From: Candidatus Latescibacterota bacterium | GTDB lineage: Bacteria > Latescibacterota > UBA2968 > UBA8231 | Length of the DNA stretch: 64,000 nucleotides | NCBI GenBank assembly: GCA_965200315.1 | Contig: OZ241362.1 | Coordinates: 2,464,001-2,528,000 of the forward strand | Reading direction: 5' to 3' | Shown: positions 30,501 to 37,977 of the stretch, piece after piece | How positions within the stretch are numbered: the stretch's first letter is position 1 | Layout of the letters: each line of letters begins with the position of its first letter | Notes under the pieces: generated by a model | The model's input: only the letters and a program-made list of their open reading frames with translations | What the model was told of the DNA's origin: nothing | Database searches by the model: none | Made by a program: the position numbers and the translations under genes

Positions 30501-30612
30501 ACGCGGCGATACGGTCAGCACGACCATTGCCCGCCGCGAATTGCGCGGGTGGCTCGCCCAATCGGACGAAGGCAAGCAGGCAGAGACGTTGGTAAAGCAA
30601 CTTTTGGCATAA
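27514..30612 (+). CDS. Single-chain type IIG restriction-modification enzyme (endonuclease + N6-adenine MTase + specificity region)
   Basis: N-terminal D-x-EVK nuclease motif (DLTALDTFIEVK), GVLTDG, GEYYTP, DPSCGSGTF and VGNPPW. Confidence 0.85.
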   Translation: MPQIDYDDPRHQTAAAAILQRHHSNEPEANITSAVRDFLLRTGLVDASDIAEEVSPSDHSVRSVDLTALDTFIEVKKRIGTTDGFNPNENYVRQLDEYLAESMAGGARMGVLTDGRYWLLRWPNAGKVKTTQPYAFTLESAADWLPLYEWLRDEALVALDDIPAQRTDVERHFGSNSPSYQRDIAVLNALYQGAKGRETVRVKCRLWENLLQAALGEIAQTPEQLDDLFVRHTYLSMVIGMVVQAYFGIDIRERAANDPTDLLYGRQFRDDTGLQDIIESDFFAWPAEVGGQPLIKTIARRVARFNWKEAPADIAATLYEAVIPPDERRRLGEYYTPEWLAQAMVQEVVTDPLRQRVLDPSCGSGTFIAVSVHHFVEAAAQAKEDPKEALERLREAVIGIDVHPVAVRLARTAWIMAARPLIDAAAEAGYEGNVAIPVYLGDALQLHYQTGDLFVGGDIGIEVEGDEFDKRLIFPIGLVEQADTFDLLMSDIADAIERGNDPLVALDDRGIADLGQRQTLAATIAIMQELHAEGRDHIWAYYTRNLVRPVALSRRKVDVIVGNPPWLNYRNTASVLRDKLVQQSKELYHIWQGGRYATHQDVAGLFFARSVALYLQDGGVIAMVLPHSALQTGQYAKWRTGQWGDLAVHFGYKMAWDLEKLEPNTFFPVASCVAFAKRLAWKSSATPLAGDVERWQGAAGAKDVRRERIAITDTSVGGTSPYADRFRQGASIVPRCLFFVNEVESTTLVRAAQTVKVEPRRGSNDKTPWKNLDLTAITGQTIEKAHLFDIHLGETVVPYATLTPLKALLPLKQGDAELPADANGTGGIHLGGLEQRMRGRWQQVSALWEKNKKPATRQNLSQWLDYNSKLSAQLEWRQNDEGRPIRVVYTASGEPTAAIIDTHDAIVDYTLFWTPCKDEQEAHYILAIINSTVLAELVNKYTVPNWSGKTRHLQKHLWKLSIPEYDGAKTLHQEIARAGQVTASGAARQLQNLYKQRGDTVSTTIARRELRGWLAQSDEGKQAETLVKQLLA

Positions 30613-30749
30613 TCCGTAATTCACGGAATGGTGTGGAAACGCCGCTGAGACCAACACTGCGGCGTTTGTAGTGATTCATGGTAAAACCTAATGCCATTAG
30701 TTTACAATATAAATGAAATATGTCTATTTTATAAACTGCCGTTACGCCT

Positions 30750-30780
30750 TGTAGGGGCAACCACAAGGGACGCCCCTACA
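30750..30780. repeat. GTAG-family REP-like palindrome
   Basis: TGTAGGGGC-N13-GCCCCTACA perfect inverted repeat. Confidence 0.65.
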
Positions 30781-30844
30781 CCGACCGAGGCGGGGCCGAT
30801 GCGGAACGTCAATTATAAACTATGTCAAGGGGAGAATACCCTCC

Positions 30845-31960
30845 ATGCTAGGACCGAGACTCAAGCTCGCTCGTTCTGCCGCCGGCCTGTCCCTGCGCGG
30901 CTTAGCGGAACGCATTGGAAATCGCGTAACAGCGCAGGCGATCGGCAAGTACGAGCGCGACGAATCCGTGCCAAGCTCGGGCGTCCTCATGGCGCTGGCC
31001 GACGCCCTCTCCGTCCCCGTGTCCTACTTGGTCGGAGACCAAGAAATGGCACTGGAGAGCGTCGAGTTTCGCAAGAAGCGTCTCACGAGCAAGCGCGAGG
31101 CAATGCAGGTCGAAGCCAAAGTCCTGCACTTGTTGGAACGCTACCTCATGGTCGAGGAGTTTCTCGGCTTGCCAAGCCTCAACTGGGACAAGCCTCGTGA
31201 AGCCCCCTACCCCGTCGTCAACGATCCCTTGGAGGCCGACCGCGCCGCTCATAGTCTCCGCCTTCACTGGGATTTAGGGATCGACCCTATTCCCAATCTA
31301 GTCGAGCTGATGGAGGAGCGCGGCATTAAGGTGCTCTCTTGTACGTTCGGAAATATCGACGGCCTCATGGCGCACGTACGCCGCGCCGGCAAGAGTGTTG
31401 TGCCCGTTCTCGTCGTCAACGATGCCCACTGGGGAGAGCGGCAGCGGCTCACAATGGCGCACGAGTTGGGGCATCTGGTCTTGGAGGTTGCCGCAAAGGT
31501 AGAGGACGAGACGGCGGCCTTCCGTTTCGCCGGGGCGTTTCTCATGCCCGCCGAGGTGCTGTGGGCCGCAATCGGCAAGCACCGCACGTCCATCGGCTGG
31601 AGTGAACTTTTTGCCCTCAAGCAGCTATTCGGCGTGAGCGTTCAGGCATTGACCTATCGATGCAAGGACCTCGGTATCTTTGGCCCAACCTTACTCCAAC
31701 GGCTATTTAAAGAATTTTCCCGTTTAGGCTGGCGCAGACCGCCCTATCAGGAGCCTTACGCCATGCCGGGCGAGGAGCCCCGGCGTTTCGAGCGCCTGTG
31801 CTTCCGCGCCTTGGCCGAGGGCGCGATCTCCGAGGCCAAGGCCGCCGAGCTACTGGAAATCTCGGTCCATGAGTTGAACCAGCACATGGAGAAGCCGCCA
31901 GACCTAGAGTATGATAAAGCCCATGAAGGTGCTGGTCTCCGACACGTCCATCCTGATTGA
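30845..31960 (+). CDS. XRE HTH + ImmA/IrrE (DUF955) Zn-metallopeptidase
   Basis: RLKLARSAAGLSLRGLA HTH; AHELGH; FAGAFLMP. Confidence 0.92.
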   Translation: MLGPRLKLARSAAGLSLRGLAERIGNRVTAQAIGKYERDESVPSSGVLMALADALSVPVSYLVGDQEMALESVEFRKKRLTSKREAMQVEAKVLHLLERYLMVEEFLGLPSLNWDKPREAPYPVVNDPLEADRAAHSLRLHWDLGIDPIPNLVELMEERGIKVLSCTFGNIDGLMAHVRRAGKSVVPVLVVNDAHWGERQRLTMAHELGHLVLEVAAKVEDETAAFRFAGAFLMPAEVLWAAIGKHRTSIGWSELFALKQLFGVSVQALTYRCKDLGIFGPTLLQRLFKEFSRLGWRRPPYQEPYAMPGEEPRRFERLCFRALAEGAISEAKAAELLEISVHELNQHMEKPPDLEYDKAHEGAGLRHVHPD

Positions 31961-31967
31961 TCTGGAT
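31923..31967 (+). pseudogene. Truncated PIN-domain toxin N-terminus
   Basis: MKVLVSDTSILIDL (PIN strand 1 with catalytic Asp) overlaps the XRE-ImmA end and runs in frame into the sulfatase ATG. Confidence 0.75.
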
Positions 31968-33347
31968 ATGAATCGACCCAACATCATCTTCATCCTCAGC
32001 GACGACCAAGGCCCTTGGGCCGCCGGCTGTTACGGCAACGCGGAAATCCGCACTCCAGCAATCGACCGCATTGCCCATACGGGTATTCGCTTTGACAATT
32101 TCTTCGTCGCAACCCCGGTCTGCTCGCCCAGCCGCGCGAGCTTTTTGACCGGGCGGATTCCCTCGCAGCACGGAGTACACGACTGGATCAGAGAGGGCAA
32201 CGTCGGCGCGTCCGCAGCCGCCTATCTCGCCGGCGAGGTGGCTTATACCGACATCCTCGCTGCAAACGGCTGGGTCTGCGGGCTAAGCGGCAAGTGGCAC
32301 CTCGGGCACAGCCAACTCGCACAGCACGGCTTTTCACATTGGTACGTGCATCAGCAGGGCGGCGGGCCGTACAACGACGCACCCATGATCCGCGACGGCG
32401 AACTGATCACCGAGCCGGGCTACGTGACCACGGCAATCACCAACGACGCGCTGGCGTTTATCGATCGGCATGCCGACGGCGACGCGCCCTTTTACCTAGG
32501 CGTCCACTACACCGCGCCGCACAGCCCGTGGACGGGCCACCCGCAGGAAATCGTCGATTCCTACGACAACTGCGCGTTCGACTCCTGTCCGCAGGAAGCG
32601 ATCCACCCTTGGGCGGTGGGCCACGCGCTGAGTGAGAACTGCTTGGGCAACCGCGAAATGCTCAAGGGCTATTTCGCGGCGGTGACGGCCATGGACCGCG
32701 ACATCGGGCGGATTATCGACAAGCTAGAAGAAAGGGGGCTACGCGAGGCCACGCTGATAGTCTTCGCCAGCGACAATGGCTTTAGCTGCGGCCATCACGG
32801 TTTCTGGGGCAAGGGCAACGGCACCTATCCGCCGAACATGTACGAGAATTCGATCAAGGTGCCCTTCGTCGTCAGCCACCCCAGCCGCATACCTGCGGGG
32901 CGCGTCCAAGCGGGCATGGTCAGTGCCTACGACTTTATGCCGACCTTGCTCGATTATCTAGAACTACCACTACCCGAGGGCCCCAATTTGCCCGGACAAA
33001 GCGCGCTGCCGCTGTTGTTGGGAGCAGACGACACCGGCCGGCAGGAAGTAGTCATCTACGATGAGTACGGGGCGACGCGGATGATGCGAACCAAGGAGTG
33101 GAAGTACGTCCACCGCTATCCAGATGGGCCGCACGAACTCTACGACCTAGCCAACGACCCGGACGAGCGCACCAATCTGGCGGACGATCCCAGCCAAGCC
33201 AAGCGAATCGGCGAGCTAAAGAGGCGACTGGAAGCGTGGTACAAAAGCTACGCAGTGCCCCAACGCGACGGCCGCCACTTCGCGGTGACTGGCAAGGGGC
33301 AACTCAGGCCGGTCGGCACCGGGACCCAACCTTTCGCGCCGGAGTAG
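31968..33347 (+). CDS. Cys-type sulfatase
   Basis: PNIIFILSDDQG, CSPSR, GKWHLG, SDNG and ELYDL. Confidence 0.93.
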   Translation: MNRPNIIFILSDDQGPWAAGCYGNAEIRTPAIDRIAHTGIRFDNFFVATPVCSPSRASFLTGRIPSQHGVHDWIREGNVGASAAAYLAGEVAYTDILAANGWVCGLSGKWHLGHSQLAQHGFSHWYVHQQGGGPYNDAPMIRDGELITEPGYVTTAITNDALAFIDRHADGDAPFYLGVHYTAPHSPWTGHPQEIVDSYDNCAFDSCPQEAIHPWAVGHALSENCLGNREMLKGYFAAVTAMDRDIGRIIDKLEERGLREATLIVFASDNGFSCGHHGFWGKGNGTYPPNMYENSIKVPFVVSHPSRIPAGRVQAGMVSAYDFMPTLLDYLELPLPEGPNLPGQSALPLLLGADDTGRQEVVIYDEYGATRMMRTKEWKYVHRYPDGPHELYDLANDPDERTNLADDPSQAKRIGELKRRLEAWYKSYAVPQRDGRHFAVTGKGQLRPVGTGTQPFAPE

Positions 33348-33348
33348 C

Positions 33349-34194
33349 TTACTCCGGCAACACACTCCGCGCCGGCACAAACCCCAACTCCGCTGCAATC
33401 CGCGCAATATCATACACCGGATCCCGCTCGTGCCCCGCCCGCTCGTAATGCGCCATGTCGATCTTCTCAGCATCTGCCCCATACCAAATCCGCATCAACT
33501 CCGGCACCGTACAGGCCACACAGGCCTGCGTCCCCACTGCGTTCAAAATCCGCACCCCCGCCTTGTGAGCGCTCTCCGCCGCCAGCCGGAAGCACCGCAC
33601 CGCATCGCTCAAATACATACACGAAATCGCCCCCATCCCCCACGGCCCCACCGGCCCCGGCTGCCGTCGCTCAGCTACTCTGTCCTCGGGCCAAATCGAA
33701 GCCAGCCTAATATTGATGAAGTCTAAGTCCTCCCGTTGCCGCGCTAGATAGCGGGTCGTCTCCTCCATCATGTATTTGGAAAAACCGTAGCCGTCGCGGT
33801 CGAGACACGGATGCTCGTCCGACATCGGCAGTTCGAGCGGCCGAAAACGCACCGACTGCATCCCGACCGCCGCGATTGACGAGGCCAATGCAAATTTGCT
33901 GCAACCCCGGTCAATCAGATAGCGCAACAAGCCGTAGGTCCCCATGACATTGACCCGCATGAGATCCGCTTCGGCACCCGCGCCCGTCACCGCCCCCAGA
34001 TGGACCAGCGCATCGAAGTCCCACCGGTCCAACCGGTGCAGATCCTCCAGCCGCGTAAAATCGCCAACCACCACCGCCGCCCCCACGACCTCCGTCGGCT
34101 GGCGCGACAGACAAACCACCTCGTGCTCCGCCGCCATATCCGCGGCCAGCGCCCGACCGATAAAACCACTGGTTCCCGTAATCAATACGCGCAT
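33349..34194 (-). CDS. NAD-dependent epimerase/dehydratase
   Basis: MRVLITGTSGFIG and YGFSK. The ATG at 34194 and its GGAGGT RBS lie inside the left direct repeat. Confidence 0.9.
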   Translation of the reverse strand: MRVLITGTSGFIGRALAADMAAEHEVVCLSRQPTEVVGAAVVVGDFTRLEDLHRLDRWDFDALVHLGAVTGAGAEADLMRVNVMGTYGLLRYLIDRGCSKFALASSIAAVGMQSVRFRPLELPMSDEHPCLDRDGYGFSKYMMEETTRYLARQREDLDFINIRLASIWPEDRVAERRQPGPVGPWGMGAISCMYLSDAVRCFRLAAESAHKAGVRILNAVGTQACVACTVPELMRIWYGADAEKIDMAHYERAGHERDPVYDIARIAAELGFVPARSVLPE

Positions 34195-34506
34195 CTCAAC
34201 CTCCCGGCGGCGCGATCCGTTCCAGTACCAAACCTTCGGGGCGCACAAAATCCTTGTAGCGAACCAAAATTTCCGCCCCATTAATGCTGCGCACAAAACC
34301 CGCCCGCGCCTCCAGCTTCTTCACCTCGATCTCGACCCGATTGGCCCCGCGCCTTATCTCCTCGGCTGCCAAGCGAAAGCGAAACCAGTGCGCCGAAAAA
34401 CCCAACGGGGCTTGCACCGCCATATTTCCAGCGAGCTGTAGGGGAATGGTCAATGCGCGCTCGTCGCTGATTTCGGCTTCAGCGCGGGACAGAACCCGGC
34501 CGTTAA
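34191..34506. repeat. 316-bp direct repeat, copy 1 (duplicated 3' end of gene 36354..37925)
   Basis: Identical to 36349..36664 except at 34412/36570 and 34484/36642. Confidence 0.97.
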
Positions 34507-34515
34507 GTTACGGCC

Positions 34516-35838
34516 TTATGCGGCTTTTGCTTCCGGGTCTTGCAATTCTTCTCTATCGAGATCGCCGTTATCAACAAGGCGTGCGGTAACGGCAAGTGGC
34601 GATACATTGAAGTGCTCGGCGGCATCTTGCTGTTTTTCGTCCGAAAAATCATCGTTCAAAAAAGCCAGCAAAGAATGAATTGGGCAAAGGAGCTCACCAG
34701 CAAAAGCACGCTGCATTTTTTGCCGGTACGTGTACGTGCCGGTCGCCGGATGCAGTAATTCGTTGGGGTCGCCCAAAAGACGATCTACGAGAAGGCGGGC
34801 AATCGCAAATCGACGCCCCTGTTCCCAAGCGGACCTCAGTACAACGCGACCTGTTTTCCGGTTCGCGTCGTCGAGTGCAAAGGCGAGACGCCCCGTTGAG
34901 TCTTGCCTAGATAGAACCTGTTCACTGATGCCGCATAATTCGGCCAGCCTAGTGTTTGGGATAGCATCATCGCCCAAATGTTCCTGCCGACGCAGTTGCT
35001 GCGCAGATCCTACTCCCACCTGCCAAGCGGGTACTTGACTGCTATCGACGTGCTGTGATGTCGAGACGCTTTGCACACCATCGCCAGGGCGCGTGTCAAA
35101 CCCAAACTTTCGCGCCACGTCATGCAACCCCAGCGCGGCTTGGTGATCGTCAGCTACAACTTCCGATATGGCGTCTAGCCCAAGGATGTTGCCCTCCGCG
35201 ATCAGTCGCTCAACCAACTCAGGTTCGGCTTCGTCCGGGTCGAAGCCCAAATAGGCTTCAAATCTTCTATAGAGAGAAATAGCCGGATCCTTCCGTTCGG
35301 AACTTAACTCACTCCATATCGTGTGCAGGTCCGTATTCATATAGGTGCATTCTGCAAGGCGGGTTAGGACACGCCCCACAAAATCATCAATGCCGTCCTC
35401 GAATGTCCAAGCCGGAATGGTCGCTATCCCACCCATCGTATAATGAAGCTGTTCCGTCTGCACTACTTCGGACGGCCTTGCGTTAAAAACAATACGAACG
35501 CCATCCGACTTGATGGTGATGTTCGGCCAGAGCCATCCGCCTCCAATACAGGCTAGATCATGCGCTTCGCTCCAATCCGCGTCTCGGCGGCGCTGTCGCG
35601 CGGGCTCCCAGCGCAGGCGCCACCAATGCCACGCTAACCATTCGGCCAATCTGTATGCCGATAGGTTGGCACCGTTTCGTGGGGTATTCGTCTCGCTGTC
35701 AATGGCTTGGGTAAGGCAGGTCTGACCAACGTGGATGCCGAGTTCTCCCAAAGTCGCTTCGTCCTCAGCCGGCTGGAGCGCGGACTTGGAAACTCGATCG
35801 GCCTCACGTAGCCATCGCGATCTAATCCGTAACGTCAT
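34516..35838 (-). CDS. ImmA/IrrE-like protein with degenerate HEXXH and an unknown N-terminal domain
   Basis: RRFAIARLLVD sits where RFTxAHELGH normally occurs; QRAFAGELLCP; C-terminal AAEHFNVSP HTH; Trp-rich N-terminus; ATGA overlap with the upstream gene. Confidence 0.7.
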   Translation of the reverse strand: MTLRIRSRWLREADRVSKSALQPAEDEATLGELGIHVGQTCLTQAIDSETNTPRNGANLSAYRLAEWLAWHWWRLRWEPARQRRRDADWSEAHDLACIGGGWLWPNITIKSDGVRIVFNARPSEVVQTEQLHYTMGGIATIPAWTFEDGIDDFVGRVLTRLAECTYMNTDLHTIWSELSSERKDPAISLYRRFEAYLGFDPDEAEPELVERLIAEGNILGLDAISEVVADDHQAALGLHDVARKFGFDTRPGDGVQSVSTSQHVDSSQVPAWQVGVGSAQQLRRQEHLGDDAIPNTRLAELCGISEQVLSRQDSTGRLAFALDDANRKTGRVVLRSAWEQGRRFAIARLLVDRLLGDPNELLHPATGTYTYRQKMQRAFAGELLCPIHSLLAFLNDDFSDEKQQDAAEHFNVSPLAVTARLVDNGDLDREELQDPEAKAA

Positions 35839-36272
35839 TGGCCGCGTCTTTCCCATTCGCTCCGCACGAACTCGGCAAATCTATCGCCATGCTTCATAGG
35901 ATATCCGTGATATTCACCACGCTCGCGATTAGAAAGTTGAGCCTCATATACTATGCCTTCGGCGGAGACTGCCCACACATTCTGGGGCCAGTCTCCACGT
36001 TGTTGTTCACTGACCATTCCACGACGGATGCCCGATTTGAGCAACTCGGCAGCCTCTCGACAGCAGGTGATTCCAGCTCCATCGCAGATAGTCTTGTCGG
36101 GACGCGGAACTGGTCTGGATAAACCCCAAGCCGCAGGGTTGGATTTATGGTACGGACTGGCCTTGTATCTGGCGTCTTGAGCCATCCGTCCGAGTGTATC
36201 TTTGCTGATCGTACCCAGCAGCGCCACCGTGCTTTTCCTTTTCGTCTTGCTGCGTTTCTGGGGATGCTTCAT
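35835..36272 (-). CDS. Small basic hypothetical protein, possible nuclease toxin
   Basis: 145 aa; PYHK, DKTICD, WPQNVWAV and YEAQLSN..GEYHGYP; translationally coupled to the ImmA-like gene. Confidence 0.7.
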   Translation of the reverse strand: MKHPQKRSKTKRKSTVALLGTISKDTLGRMAQDARYKASPYHKSNPAAWGLSRPVPRPDKTICDGAGITCCREAAELLKSGIRRGMVSEQQRGDWPQNVWAVSAEGIVYEAQLSNRERGEYHGYPMKHGDRFAEFVRSEWERRGQ

Positions 36273-36348
36273 AATTCGACCGCGAAAGGGCGGCAAGTAC
36301 CAATAGGGACGGTAAAAGCCGTTTTTTCAAAATAACACCCTTGACGCT

Positions 36349-36664
36349 GCATCTCAACCTCCCGGCGGCGCGATCCGTTCCAGTACCAAACCTTCGGGGC
36401 GCACAAAATCCTTGTAGCGAACCAAAATTTCCGCCCCATTAATGCTGCGCACAAAACCCGCCCGCGCCTCCAGCTTCTTCACCTCGATCTCGACCCGATT
36501 GGCCCCGCGCCTTATCTCCTCGGCTGCCAAGCGAAAGCGAAACCAGTGCGCCGAAAAACCCAACGGGGCCTGCACCGCCATATTTCCAGCGAGCTGTAGG
36601 GGAATGGTCAATGCGCGCTCGTCGCTGATTTCGGCTTCAGCCCGGGACAGAACCCGGCCGTTAA
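36349..36664. repeat. 316-bp direct repeat, copy 2
   Basis: Matches copy 1 (34191..34506) and forms the functional 3' end of the 523-aa gene. Confidence 0.97.
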
Positions 36665-37925
36665 AGCGCATTTCGATCTCGTCCTCAATGCAAAAAAAGG
36701 CAAAGCGCAGCGTCAGGATGGCCGGGCGCATCTCGCCGTCGTGCCGGCCACTTTCCACATCGTCGGCCACCCAAATGTCGAGCGCGACCGTCTCGCCCTC
36801 CAAGAGCGGTTCCGGCACTTGGCGCTCCGGCGTAGAAGTATCTTCCCCGATGACCCCTTCGCGCGGCGGCAGCAGGTAGCGCTTGTCGCGCCGGGCGTGT
36901 GCCTGCGGATAGGCCACCTCGCGCAGGATCTGGTACTCGCGCTCGGCCAAGGGCCAAGGCATATAGCCCAAGTACATCCCGGCGAAGCCCTGCCAAGCGA
37001 GGGTCTGGCTGAGGGCGCGGTACATCTCAATGCTCGGCAACCCCACCCGCTCGTCGTAGATTCGGCGCGGCGGCCGATAATACGCCGCGGCACCCGCATC
37101 CTCGGCCACCTCGGCCAGCCACGGTGCCTGAATACTTGGGTCAACCAGCACATGCTCGTCCTGGCCGACGATCCAGTCGAGGCTACCGGCCCGCAGCCAA
37201 GCCGCCACGTCCAGTCCCACCGCGAGATTGTCTGCCTCTTTTAGATGCACCCGCGCCATAAGCGGAATTTTGCGGCCCTGCCGAGCGCCGATTTCCTCGG
37301 CCAATGCCCGCACCCTAGCCACAAACTCGGTCATCAGCGGCGCGTTTTCCTGTATCTCATCCTTTTTGAAATAGAAGTTGTCAAAGCAAAAATCCAGTTC
37401 CAGCCCATCGGGCCGGTAGCCTTCTAACACTTCGCCGATGATGGCTAGCTTGTCCTCCTGTACGGCCTCTTGCGCGTAGTCGTAACACCACTCCGCCCGG
37501 CCCGCGTCGCCAATGCATACCCCAGCCCCGCGCTGCTCCTTGAGCCGCCCTGAACGCTCGTGTCCCGGGCGGGCAGAATCTTGGAGCTTGAGGCTGGGGA
37601 AAACCTGCATCCCCGTCTCTCGACCGCGCTCAATGACGGCTCGCAACTGGTCGGTGCCCAGCTCTTTGGCCACCTCGACCATCCGCATGATCCGCCAGTC
37701 GATGTAGTTTTCCCACACCTCCTTGCCCTGCCCTACCACGCGGCCGATCTCGCTCTGGTGAAAGAAGACGTCGCTATAACCTAATCCCAAAACCAGCAGA
37801 TCTACGCCCGTGCCCAATACCTCATCTACCGGCCAGTTCAGAAGGTGGCGGCTGGCCGGTGGTTCAAGCCGCTTGGCGTGAAAGTGGTGCGCGTCGTTGT
37901 AGTGAATCAAACGAGGTCGGTCCAT
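36354..37925 (-). CDS. Glycoside hydrolase-like TIM-barrel protein (GHL10-like) with a C-terminal beta domain
   Basis: LIHYNDAH, YDYAQEAV and DGLELDF; family assignment by eye. Confidence 0.6.
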   Translation of the reverse strand: MDRPRLIHYNDAHHFHAKRLEPPASRHLLNWPVDEVLGTGVDLLVLGLGYSDVFFHQSEIGRVVGQGKEVWENYIDWRIMRMVEVAKELGTDQLRAVIERGRETGMQVFPSLKLQDSARPGHERSGRLKEQRGAGVCIGDAGRAEWCYDYAQEAVQEDKLAIIGEVLEGYRPDGLELDFCFDNFYFKKDEIQENAPLMTEFVARVRALAEEIGARQGRKIPLMARVHLKEADNLAVGLDVAAWLRAGSLDWIVGQDEHVLVDPSIQAPWLAEVAEDAGAAAYYRPPRRIYDERVGLPSIEMYRALSQTLAWQGFAGMYLGYMPWPLAEREYQILREVAYPQAHARRDKRYLLPPREGVIGEDTSTPERQVPEPLLEGETVALDIWVADDVESGRHDGEMRPAILTLRFAFFCIEDEIEMRFNGRVLSRAEAEISDERALTIPLQLAGNMAVQAPLGFSAHWFRFRLAAEEIRRGANRVEIEVKKLEARAGFVRSINGAEILVRYKDFVRPEGLVLERIAPPGG

Positions 37926-37977
37926 GGCTAAGCTCCTAATTTCTACGGGCGCATCGCCTCATAGTGGGTTCGCCGAC

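Larger units (their letters stand above)
34507..36348 (-). mobile_element. 1.84-kb accessory islet between direct repeats, no recombinase
   Basis: Bracketed by 316-bp direct repeats; two coupled genes with lower GC than the flanks. Confidence 0.75.

Noticed and set aside
34196-34453. 85-aa track ORF, and the N-terminal extensions of ORFs 33349..34296 and 36269..36454
   Set aside because: These are by-products of the duplicated gene 3' end, not independent genes.
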